From positions 1 to 54,715 of the forward strand of contig JYFJ02002563.1 in the NCBI GenBank assembly GCA_000934665.2: a stretch of DNA of 54,715 nucleotides. The letters are read 5' to 3'. This document shows, one piece after another, positions 12,581 to 30,118 of this stretch (position 1 is its first letter; each line of letters begins with the position of its first letter). The notes below the pieces were generated by a model, which was given only the letters and a program-made list of their open reading frames with translations, was not told the origin of the DNA and searched no databases. The DNA comes from Catajapyx aquilonaris. Lineage: Eukaryota. Both the position numbers and the translations under genes were made by a program.

Positions 12581-15352
12581 ATGACGGCCAACACTATCCT
12601 ACTGGACTTCTCTATCGACCCTGCCGTTGTCTCCAATCCAGGCAGGTTAACTCGACGACTGTATCGTTGGCCCCGGATGCTACTTTTTATAATATTTTGC
12701 AGTGGAGCGTAAGACGATGCAGCAGGATGTGGAGGCGACGTTGAAGGACCACCTTCCGCCTGAAACGGTGCGGCGGCACCAGGACATAGAGCTTGCCGAT
12801 GGATTCCTGACCGTCATGCTGGGTCCTCGTAACAGCTTCATGACCCTGCGTGTCTTCTCGCACGGACTGGTCACGCTCAACATCGAGTATTACAAGAACG
12901 AAGGGGACGAACCCCTTCTTACCCTTGAGGTATTCGCATTACTAGCGTCCTGGAAGAGACATGGTCAAGACCACACTTTTACAAATGCAATGTTATGTCA
13001 TCCCAGCTGATAATTATGCTTGTTAAAGATATGGCATTGACTCAATCTCTTCCATTCATACGTAAGCTGCTTCTATTTACAGGAGATAAAAATGTAGCGT
13101 ATTGCATGCCATTTTTCTTGTATCGACTATCCTCAAGCAACTCCCGATAGTTCCCCCGCCTTTTTAAAAAAAAGAGAGAGAAGAGACCAATATGCAGTAT
13201 TGTTGCAGCAAATTCGTTCCTTGGAAATCGCGGTGAAAAACCTGTTCTTAGGCAGGCGCAGCAAGTTCTTCCCGCCCATCAGGCGCGGGGCTGATATTGA
13301 CGTGTATCTGACCACTTCAGGTGGGTAAGTCCCCCTCCGACCCCCCATCCGTACCCTGCCCATCCAAAAAGAAATGCCCTGCTAACCCTCCTTCTTCGGT
13401 TTATCTGACCAACCCGACAACCGAGTTTCGCCCCCAAAAAAAACTCTGCATGACTGGTAAACCGGTACTGTCTTTTTTTTATTTTCCGTAGTTTAGAGCA
13501 TGGCTTACACCTCTTTATTTTGTGACAAATCTGCCCTGCGACACCCTCCCTACCCTTTTTGTTCTTTACCTGTTTTTGCAGTCTTCCGGTAGACTTGAAG
13601 ATGCCCTAGGTGCCAAGTTCATTCCCAGTAAAACCAGGACTATGCCTGCCATCATACGTGGTTACACAAAAAATCATTACTTCAGAACTTCAGGTGAGGA
13701 AATAACCCTGCTTAACAACCATACTCTTTTCAAAACCTACGCAAAAGCATATGAGCGAATGGTGCAGACTTTCAAGTACATCGTAACGACATGATTACAC
13801 ATTAATTTCTGTTTCAAAATTCTGCACTACATTAGTAGCTGTCATATTTGAACGGTTGCACTGCTTTTCAACCGCAGCAGCTAGTTAACATTAAATGTTC
13901 AATCGACAACGTACTTTTCAGCAGTGCAGCCCAGCTAGTAACATGTAAAATGTCAGAACTAATGATCAGTAGATAGCTTGAAAATCTGTTGCATCTTGTA
14001 TTCGTACCGAAGCATTAACACACAATACTTAACATACGTGAAATTGTCATGATCTGCAGTTGTGTATGTATTTCACGCTGGATTATTATTGATATGGCAG
14101 TAACTGGTACAAATTTTACGTGACTCTGACTAACAGCTCTTCCCCAACCCTTTCCGACTCCCAAAGGGATGATCAAGGTATGATTTGCGTTAATGTTGCA
14201 TGACATGACACTGCACGTTTTCCCCCCCTTTCGTTTTCTAACACTCCTCCTCGTTAACTCATGTGTTGCCACCTAACATGTCCTGTCCACTTGAATGATT
14301 GTTATTATACTTATCAAGGGTAATGTACTGATTAAAGGTGGTTTTTCCAGATGAGCGAATCCTGGAATATGACATCAAGAAGGTCCTGTATGATGAACGA
14401 TCCCCATACCAGAAGATACAAGTGTTTAAAACCGCAAACTGTGGGAACATGCTGGTGTTGGATGACCTCCAAAGTGGGTTCGACTCCAACTCTTTTTTTA
14501 AGTGTAGCCGTCAACTGCTTTGAATTAAGCGATCATTTTCACCCTGTAGATTTGGCCGAGAGCGACTTAATCTACACTGAGACTCTGATGCAGCGTGGGA
14601 AGGAGAACTTTGAAGGAAAGGAAATCCTGATTTTGGGAGGCGGAGATGGAGCCCTTCTCTGGGAGCTACTCAAGGAAAAGCCGAAGTTCGTCACCATGAT
14701 TGAGGTATGGTTGTTCGAAAAGGATCTGCAGCCACAGTTTAACATCCCAAATTTTCCGTACAGATTGACGAGATGGTGATGGAAGCATGCAGGAAATATT
14801 TACGCAGCTGTTGTGGCGACTGCCTTGACAACTACAAGGGGAAGAACTATGAGGTAGTGTGCAGGGTCGTCTTCATCGTAATAATGGAAAAATTTTCACA
14901 TTGTTCTTCAATCACAGATCATTGTGGATGATTGCGTGAAGCACATGAAAAAGTACCAGGACGAGGGCAAGTCCTTTGACTACATCTTCGCTGACCTGAC
15001 TGACATACCGCTGTCTTCAACTCCTCAGGGAGAGATGTGGGATTTCATCCGCCTTATCCTCCAGCTGTCTTTCGCTATACTGAAGCCAACAGGCAAATAC
15101 ATGACACATGTGAGTTAATTCTCCGTACGCCTACGTCATTAAGTTCAGAAGACTCAAACAGAGTGTCGACAGGACATGAAGCTTGTCTCATTACAGGGCA
15201 ACGGAGTGTCCTCAGTTCAGTCTCTGGCCATGTTCGAAGATGTGATCACTTCCCTTGGCGCAGAGTTCACCAAGTGCGATGCCTTTGTTCCTTCCTTCAT
15301 GGAGCTCTGGGTGTTCTACCAGGTGACCAAGAAGATGGCGGAGGGTCACTAA
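12581..15352 (+). CDS. SMS: Spermine synthase (371 aa)
   Basis: Exons 12581-12641 (GC donor), 12703-12929, [13209-13320 or 13582-13693], 14351-14473, 14550-14704, 14764-14853, 14918-15109, 15197-15352; 1116 nt in frame. Motifs [59 protein letters not shown] (dcSAM binding), [25 protein letters not shown]. Confidence 0.95.
13209..13320 (+). CDS. SMS: Spermine synthase mutually exclusive exon 3a
   Basis: TTGCAG|...CAG|GTGGGT, 112 nt, phase 0/1, [37 protein letters not shown]. Confidence 0.9.
13582..13693 (+). CDS. SMS: Spermine synthase mutually exclusive exon 3b
   Basis: TTTGCAG|...CAG|GTGAGG, 112 nt, phase 0/1, [37 protein letters not shown]; homologous to exon 3a. Confidence 0.9.
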
Positions 15353-17413
15353 AAGTCACTTTCTAGGTGCAAGTGTACAAGCCTGAAATAGGAGCAGTCA
15401 AAGATAATCAATGCATTAATATTGCCCCTCGTTTTCTCCAGGATTCATATGGGTAGAAGTTTTTTCCTCTCTCGATATATCCCCCCGCCAAACCCAGATT
15501 ATACTCCTCCCCCGTGTTTACTGTTAACCACGTTTTGTCCTGTTACATTTTTGATCGTTGTTGTTGCTAGTCGCTAATTGAGTCAAGCCCGTTGTTCCTG
15601 TTGTTGAGAATAGAATTCCATGATGCAAAGAAAGATGCCGTTTTATTTGATTCCGTATCACACGTCGTGGCATTGTTTAGAGAAATAACAAAGCGAATGA
15701 AGTTTTAAAATATGAATTTTTTTATTGCAGGAAGTGAGTGGAAAATAATTATAAAGAGGGGGCAACCTTTTTGGGAAGTTTTTTTTTGGTTTCTTCTTCC
15801 AACACTGTGCTAACACCTAATTCTCGACAACACTGAGATTCAACAGAGCTACCCATTCGTTTGTTTTCACATACTTGCCCTCCTTTGTAGTTGGCAAAAA
15901 AGAAAAAGGGATGGAATGTTTTGCTTAAAGACTAGCCTAAGAGTTGAGTAATACCTCAGGAGATTTTTTTTTTCGCGCACAACCAAAAGAAGCTGCTTTC
16001 CTTTGAAATGGATAATACAACCAGAAAACGTACTTGCTTTGGCAGTACGTACACTAAAACCAGAAATCACAAAAATAGTGTTGCCACAAGAGTTCCCTTT
16101 TTTTTTCAACTCTTCCGTTACTTTAGTAATAATCTTTCCCTCACCCATCGACATATCATGAAATCTACTCCTAACATGTATATGGCCGGATAGCAGTCTC
16201 CTTGATTTCGCATCAACAACAAAAAATAGTGACCCTCATGTGTTGACACAGAAAAATACAGATTTGATTATAGTTAGTGTTTCAAAAAAGAGTTTTACAT
16301 CCACTGAGATTCGGGAAGAGAGAAAAAACACAACCTGAACACGGGGATCCAAAAAAAATCATGTACATGATCTATATCGTAATGCGCCTATTGCACCCTA
16401 GAAAAATTCCATTGCTTTCACACTGGTCTCAAAAACTGATGCAAACTGAGCAACAAAAAAGAAAGAACAATCTGGACTTCATCCCACAACCTAGAAAGTG
16501 AGATTCTTTTTTTTCTCTAAACCTATGGACCTAGATTCATTTTAACCTCAGATCTTTTTTTATATACCAATGGGAGTTCCTAGCATTTGATCCTGTGGGA
16601 ACGAAATTTACATATCACAGTTACCACGACGAACCGCGGCCCAATCGAACGTTGCCCACCCAACAAACCAAACTTCTGGCAATGAAAGAATAACAACAAC
16701 ATTAACGTCAGGAAAAACCTGACTTTTGTGGTTGTTCCTCGTCTAAATGAGCTTCACTTGGAGATTCATAATATAAAAAAAAGGGTTACCTAGACTCACC
16801 TCCTGTGATTTAAAAAACAAAAACCTGAATAAAAAATATCGCAACACGGCCTTGCAAACACAAACTGCTTCTCCATATCAATAAGACACACAACAATGAC
16901 TAATCTCACAACATTTGAACAGCAAATAAAATTAAAATAAATTCCTCCAATTATCAACCTTTTCCACTTGGCAGTTGACCGACTAAGGCAACTTATGTGT
17001 TGAGGTGTGACATATGAAAAGTTTTCCTCTATTATTTTTTTTTCGTGTCCAAACTGAGAGCGGCAATGCAGAAAGTTGGCTTGCATTACTTTGAGAAGTT
17101 GAAAAAAATAATAATAAACATCTGCCAACCTAAATATCAATAAGGCCTGTTTCACTAAAAGGGGACGAAAAATGCTTTGAGATAGCGAGTCGTTGCCTTC
17201 TTGGTGACCTCTCTCATGTGACCCCCTTTCCCCCCTTGTAACCATGACTTCACCACCAAGGCAACAAAAAGCCCACGTAAATTAATCTCATGATTGAGCC
17301 TCTGCGTTATCTTACACCTGCTTTTTTTTTTCTCTCCCCTTTGGACTGCAGTAAAAAATAAAATAAAATTAAGGTAACAGAAAATCGCAGACAGAGATTC
17401 TCCCACATGAGTT

Positions 17414-20400
17414 TTACAGGGTGTGATAATTCCTCTCGGTCCTTGACTTGTAGAACTTCCAGGCCACGACCCCAACAGCCATTCCTGCGACCGCGACTGC
17501 CATGCCGCCTGGAAATAAATTACAATTGATCAGTAACGAATGCACTGCATCCTGAAGCACCGTAATGCTTTTGCGTTTCAACTGTAAGCCACCTTTTCCC
17601 ACCGCAACTGTTGATTTTAATCAAATTCAAGAATTATGCAGTAGGCTTTCATCAGAAACTGTCATGTGCACTGTAAAAGGTTCTCCAAATTATTTCAAGA
17701 TCATGCAAGGCCAGCTTTAGGGACAATGCCCTGCAGATGACTGTTCGCTGTATATTTAGAGGTAGTCTCAACAGCAGCATCAATGGCGATGGGCAAGTCA
17801 TGGTTTCATTGTCTCAGTACGATACATATTCATTGCAGCATGGAAAAATAAACTTCACATTAATAAATCATACAGGCACAGCAGCTTTCATTAACCTTCC
17901 ACACCTCCTGTAGTGAAAGTGAGGGTTGCAATTAGCTGTACTATTACGAGTGTACTGCTTATTTCACTTACGGAAAAGAGTCTCAAGAAAAATTTGTACT
18001 ATGAGAATGAGTGTAAGTGCCTTCATGACATTATCTGACTCCTACACAGTCGACAACTCCAAAATCCTACTGACACGTCATACTGAAAATTCACACCACT
18101 GTTTGAGTAACTTTAATTATTTGGCCATGTACGGTGCTTTTCTAACACGCCAAGAAGCAACAAGATGCTCTCATGCAGCTCACAACGTTGTACCGCAAAC
18201 TGCGTGAGTCAAAGTAAACATTGCTTACCGAAGAAACTTCCCACATGGACTTCATAGTTAGAAGATGAAGGAGCAGTAGGTGCTGCAGTTGGTGTTGCCT
18301 TTGTTGTGTTAGGACTTGGCTGTGGAGCCGGGGTGGTTGTTGGCGGGGTTGTAGTTGTTGTTGTTGATGTGGTCGTGTTTGGTGCAGGTGTAGTGGCTGA
18401 AATGTTAAAATTGTAGTTTACATCACAGTTGACCATCATTAATAACCACACGCATGCACATGTCATGCTCTGAATGATTCTATACATGCGATTCTTTTCA
18501 GTTCGGACTGATGTCACCTCTGTTGCCACTGTTACTTGCTTGTGACACAAGCGGTGACGTCAATCTAAAAGAATCACTGTATAGGCGAAACCCTCTCTTC
18601 ACAGGTAGAGCCACACCTGATGATTCCTGCTCAACACAAAACGGTATGAATGTACAAAAAAAATATAAGCACAAGTATGCACAAGCATTCATTCAATACC
18701 TGTAGGCCATTGACGTAAATTAGATATTTACATAAATTAACCAGACTTTTTATTCTGCATTGTCCTGTCTCCAGAGCTTTGACCTACACATCACCTTGAC
18801 AAGTTTTAAAGTCATGCCCCTTCACCAGAAAGACATGAAATTCTGTTAGCATAATGCAAACACATGTAGTGACCACGTTCTTTCCCATACCAAGACCTTG
18901 GAAAAGTTTGTTTGGAGGGTACGACAGGAGCAAAATCAATTGATCAATAACAAGGGAAATGGCACTCCAAAACCTCCCTCCGTGACCGATACACGTGCAT
19001 AATTCAGGGTCGCATGTCCGAAGAATTATCGCAATGAGGGGATAGGAAGGGGATGATTTTCAGAAAAGTGTGCAATCAAGTCAATAGGATAATCGCACTC
19101 AACTAGTCTAGGCATGCTGCCAGCCAACTTAATTCACGGGTAGTAGGGTTTGCAATTATTATTTGCACTTAATTGCATCTCTGACTGCCCGCAACTTCAT
19201 TCAGTCAATAAGAACTGTAACCATACCGAGTTACGCAATACACTTTTCTCGACGGGCGAACTAATGGTTTCCACTTGAATGACTCAAGTGGGCAAAATGG
19301 CTCGTAAAATCAATGCCCCGCAAGGAGCACATGCAAATGGAGCAAATGTACTTACTCGTCTTCTCTGTTGTTGTGGGCGGGGTCGTGGTGTCGTTGAAAA
19401 TATCAGGAGGGTTGGTATGGCCATGATCTGTAGGAATTAATGAGAAGCTTAATTCAGGCTCACTTCTCTACATGACGAAACAATCAGAAACTGAAGACAC
19501 AGGTATTATCGACAAACTCACACTTGCATTTCCATGATGGTGAAATACATTATTTTCCTCTATGCATCAAATTTATACATATTCCTTGTGACATACGGGT
19601 ACTTCCCATCACACAGTAACTAAATTTATACACAAGCATAACTGTCAGTTCTGTCCCGAGTATCTGATGATAATACATGATGTATATGAAGTCCTACAGT
19701 TACGTAAGCACAGTTCAATGATATTTACATTAATTCACTCAAAGTAAAACAGCAATAATCTTAACAACAAACGAATTGTCCTAATTATTTCCTGTTCATC
19801 ATCCAACCAGATTAAGAAAGCACATCAAGGTCATGTAAAGAAAAGGTGGTAACATGCATGATACATCCTTTACATGTCAGGTTACTTCCAGGAAAAAAGA
19901 CATCACATGCAATAAACATTATAGCTGCATTGTTTTCGTGGCCTTGGTATGATACAATTTGACATAAAAATGGAAATAAAGTATGCCAAATGTGACATAA
20001 CTATGTCTATTACTGTTTCAGCATACAGTATGCACATAGAATAGTAACGTACACTTTCCACCTCGCCTGAAACAGATGTCACAATTCCGGTAATTGAATG
20101 CAACGGCAGGCAAAGTTTAATTGTAGGGAAGCTGGGAAAACTTTGTATAATCAATACAGAAGGATAAGGGACGCACTTGGATCGTGAAGCTTTCTGTTTA
20201 CAGCTTGACGATGCAGAAACATGTCTCAACAATTTATTGCGTTATGGCCCAATATCCTGCCGAGGTTGATCACGTCACTGCCCAAAATCAGTGGATCAGC
20301 TAACTTGTCATGCTATGTTTTGAGATAAACTTTCGCATCCATGCTTAAATTATGAGTTAGCCCCGCAAGCACCGAGAGATTCATTAATCCAGCCTAGAGG

Positions 20401-21639
20401 GATGTGCTAATCCAAGAATACATTCACACTTACCTACGCCAGGAGGTATGTATGCTAATGAAAGGAAAACCTCCAATTACGTATCATAATTACGATGTGT
20501 AACCATACATTACCCCTAATTTGCCTTAATATCTTTTATACATTCCATACAACAGCTAGTATTCAATGCAACGAAGGGAATGTCCCTCCTCGCACACGAT
20601 GAACTGTATACAATCTGCATTGTACTATTAACCTCAAATGTAATGTCGCACTGTTATGTGATGGCTTCTACGACTTGTTGTTTAGTATGTGTTGTGGATT
20701 CCGGAATATTGCCAAATTAACATCCATAATAACTCGACAACACCCATGCTAAACAACAACATAACAACATAACGGTGTGACATTACTATTGCGGTTAATA
20801 GTACTGTGTCAGAGTTACAGCGACCAAGCCATAAAGGCTCCACGCCAATGGTGCTGCAAATGCCTATCACGCTGGGCACATTAAATATGACAGGCATGGG
20901 CATCAAAAAGGCACTAACTATCACACTAAACAATGAACAACAACACGCCATATCATGAAAAACATGCCCATTATCCATAGGGGGAAAAAAAGGTCCAGTT
21001 ACGTAGTGACCAAGACTGCTCAATTTCTCACTAATTAAACTAAGATTGTACCAACATTTTAAGATGCATGCTAGTACGCAAGGCAATACCTTCGAGGGTG
21101 GAATGTTCCACTGCTAGTTACCGTTAGCAGCAGGTAGCAGTGGGACGTGAATTCCACCCTTTTGGTCAGAGTTTGAACGAGGTACGCCGTTTTGAACTCA
21201 CCGCACTCGTCTTTGCTCCTGTACACGTCGCTGCCCTCATCCACATTCTCATCCTTGATCTCGCTGCACGCCCCCTTCTCCATCGGCATGTCCTGCTCCA
21301 GCACGAACATGCATCCTTCCACCGCCACGCACGTATCGCAAACGTTGGTCGTCGGGCAAGTCGGCGAAGTCACATTGGCTTTGGGCAACTCAGCTGCAAA
21401 AAAAGGAGCATACCGCATTGCCCATATTCCAAAAATACGCCATTACATAAAAGGCGGATAAGTGCACAATAAAAATGGGCAAGGTTATAATAGGTGGGAA
21501 AAAAAGAAGGGGGGGATTTACTTGTCCCCTCAGGTTCTGTGGTCGTAGCATTGAGATCGATTTCGGTGACGTTGTTGTCCTGCGGCGACGACGACAGTAC
21601 AGCCCCGACCAGCACCAGCGTCAACGCCAGGACCTTCAT
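17414..21639 (-). CDS. CD164: CD164/endolyn (visgun-like) sialomucin, ~214 aa
   Basis: Exons 21639-21522, 21393-21202, 19427-19356, 18396-18229, 17508-17414; all introns phase 1. Signal peptide, Cys-rich module (CPTTNVCDTCVAVEGC), Thr/Pro mucin region, GSFFGG plus TM helix, and the family C-terminus KFYKSRTERNYHTL with a YxxL lysosomal sorting signal. Confidence 0.92.
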
Positions 21640-21719
21640 CGTCGTTGTTGTGGTCGTCGGCGTCGAATTGCGTCGGAATCAAAAAAGACGACGTCCGTTC
21701 GATTCCAGGGTCGGGAACG

Positions 21720-21980
21720 TTCTAACGATTACGTCACTAGAATGGCGAAACAGACGGACCAATCAGGAAGCAGCGAGCGGGTATGCAGCGACACACAGCG
21801 GCTAAAATATAAAGCTTGGCGGCCATCTTGCTACTCCAGCAAATGGGCGCCATCTTGCTACTCCGGATGCCCCGCTAACTTAAAAAAATTAATATTAAAA
21901 TTTCATAATTAAAATCATTATGCTGTTAACTATCCCCGCTTATTAATATATTAAACTATTACAGAATGCGCGCGCATAGA
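21720..21980. promoter_or_regulatory. Bidirectional promoter for CD164-like and ZC4H2
   Basis: ATGs ~550 bp apart, head to head. CRE-like TTACGTCA, CCAAT, an exact 16-bp direct repeat GCCATCTTGCTACTCC (21822-21837, 21849-21864) containing YY1/Pho cores, and an NRF1/EWG-like TGCGCGCGCA. Confidence 0.6.
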
Positions 21981-22185
21981 TAGCCGGTGCTCAAACAAAA
22001 CCCCGAACAAAAGATCGGCATCTTGTCAACCTTCCCCTCGATTGACAGTTCCCCCGATAATTTTTAACCCGGAATTTTTATTTCCAGTTGTTTTTGGACC
22101 CCAAAGAGGCCCAAATTTTTTGCTTCCGAGTTTTCCCAAAAACAGCCTAACCATTTTTCCCTTCAAGGACTACTTCCCCAAGGCG

Positions 22186-23231
<1,046 letters not shown>

Positions 23232-23670
23232 AAATATGGAAAAGCATCTTTTGGACCATCCTTTTTGTGCCAAAAAAAAGAGAGAGAGAGATGAGTATTT
23301 ATTACCTCTGACTGTGTAGAATGCACAGGTAGTCCCCGACTTACATACCCTCAGCTTAAGTAGATCCAGACCGTACATTGAATAGATTTCGTTTTGCGCT
23401 AAAAATGGTGTGGAATTTACGGCACAAACTGCAGGTGCCGAACGATCAATTTATTATGTCGGGAACTGCCTGCAATAAACTTTTTTTTACATCTGCATGT
23501 ATTTGGTAGTGATGTGAAAGTTTTAAATGAGTAAGTGCACTGTGAAGAAATAAATAAAATGTGGAATGCCAATGTAATCTTGAAATTATTCTGGTCACGG
23601 AGTACATAGTCTGTTGCAACATTAAATTCACTCGTCAAACGTGGGATGCAGCACAATAATCGTGGTATTA

Positions 23671-25401
<1,731 letters not shown>

Positions 25402-25655
25402 ACTGCAATGTCGCATTTACTATGAGCACAAGTGCACACAATACGGCAAGCCAGGTGCGTTATCAAGGTTATCTGTCGGAAAGCATTCTAATCAGGAAAA
25501 CCCTGCATGTGATAACTAGTCACTATGCCATGTGTTTTTCACTGGATATTCAGGTTGGAACTAGAAATCAAAGGTCAGCATGTGACCACATCTGGCATCT
25601 GTACAGGGAGAGGCCAAATGTTTGTGGTCCAGTCTGGATGAGATTGCCTTCGCTT

Positions 25656-25663
25656 TATAAAAG
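25656..25663 (+). promoter_or_regulatory. TATA box of cathepsin L-like B
   Basis: TATAAAAG about 40 nt upstream of ATG 25697. Confidence 0.6.
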
Positions 25664-25687
25664 GATGAGGTTCAGGAGCACGGCTAG

Positions 25688-27172
<1,485 letters not shown>

Positions 27173-27380
27173 ATGTACTGGATAAATCTGTTTTGGGTTA
27201 ATAAAGTTAATTACTGTACTTCAATCCTTTGGGAACTTGTGATCGGAAGGTAAAAAACGGAAGTGCGTGAAAATGGGCAATCCAGATGCAAAATTGCGCA
27301 CCGGTATCTGAAAAGCAATTTTGAGTTTTGAACGACCAACGTATTAGTAATTCAGAATCTTTATTTCCACACTCTTTGGT

Positions 27381-28707
<1,327 letters not shown>

Positions 28708-29072
28708 TTCCAGCAAGACTCGCAAGATTTGCTACTGTCACTTCAAAGCTCAAACTCTGAATAGTTCCAAATTGTGAAGTGGGCCCAAAATATATAGTCC
28801 TCATGAATCACCATGCAATGACAGTTGAACATGAATCAGGCGAAGGATTAAATCAGGCAAATGACTAGTGACAATCATGTGGACATTATTAACACTGGTA
28901 ATAATTTTATTTCGTGCATTTAAAACAATCATCCAAAAAAAAATATACAAATTTATACAGCAAGTAAATTTCATAAAAGCACCGGCATTATCTACAACCC
29001 TGTACAAAATTCTACAATTATTATTTTTTAAATTCCGAAGATGATCTCGTTTTATAATATTATAAAAGTTGC

Positions 29073-30118
29073 CTATTTTTTCTTTGGTTCCTCCTTGGGC
29101 TTGTCTCCTTCTGGATGCGCAGACCTATACCTGAAATATGTTGATGTAATATTAGCATCATCAATATGCACAATTTTGTAATTGCTTTAAATTTACCATA
29201 TTTGATGGCATATACGAAGCACCCTCATTTAAGCAGATCATTTTTTTGAGCCATTTTTTGGGGAAAACATGTGCCGTCAAATATGGTAATTTCTGGTTTA
29301 ACATAGTGCGTTATAATGAATAGCAATAGTACTTGAGAGCTCGAACAGTCTGGTAAAGTCCGGTGGCTCCGACAAAAACATTGACGCTGAAGAGACTCCA
29401 GTTCTTGGGAATTATGACCAACGAATATCTGGACCATATAATTCCAGTGGCCGCTAACGAAGCCGACTGTGGTGCGCTTAAGGCCTCGGCGGGTCGAGCC
29501 AGGTCACCTATCCCAGCAATCACAAGTCCCTGCACACATAAAAAGGGCCAATCAAATCCAATCGCCATTCAAGGACAACTCAATTCAAACCGTTGCTTAC
29601 CCATTTGAATATCGGTGCCCAGAAGAACACAGTTTTTGGACCTGAAATTTGCAATTTTATTTAAAAAATAAATTTAAACAAGGCATGAACCCAACACATG
29701 TGAACCGCGCGGCTCTGATAAGACGTTAGATAATGTTGCATGCACAGACTTACGCAACTGATAAAATTTACTGTGGAAAACATACTGTAAACTACCATTT
29801 ATTATTGTTGTCTTTAAAAAATGGATATAAAATTAGTAAGCAAATTAAATTACCGGCCGACGACTAACGCGACCAGCCAGTACTTTACGTACCGGTACCG
29901 GTACACCAAATTTATGCTCCTACGAATCTCATGCATATATCATATATCCAGTTGTGCATCTGGCTTTACATGTGTGTACAGAGCATTACATAACTACATA
30001 TCATTTTTTTGTACATGGTGAGTTATATACCTGCAGGATGCTCCCAGAGAGGCTGCATTTTCTTGGGCACGTACCGTCCCAGATACGCCATAGATTTGAG
30101 GTACAGTTGAGACCCCAT
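29073..30118 (-). CDS. MPC2: Mitochondrial pyruvate carrier 2 (127 aa)
   Basis: Exons 30118-30031, 29641-29601, 29529-29333, 29130-29073. Signature PLWEHPAGPKTVFFWAPIFKWGLVIAGIGDLARPAEALS...IWSRYSLVIIPKNWSLFSVNVFVG. Confidence 0.96.

Noticed and set aside
19520..20085. Further small exon-like segments in CD164-like intron 2 (~19520-19559, ~20071-20084)
   Set aside because: Their best donors give phases incompatible with the phase-1 flanking exons.
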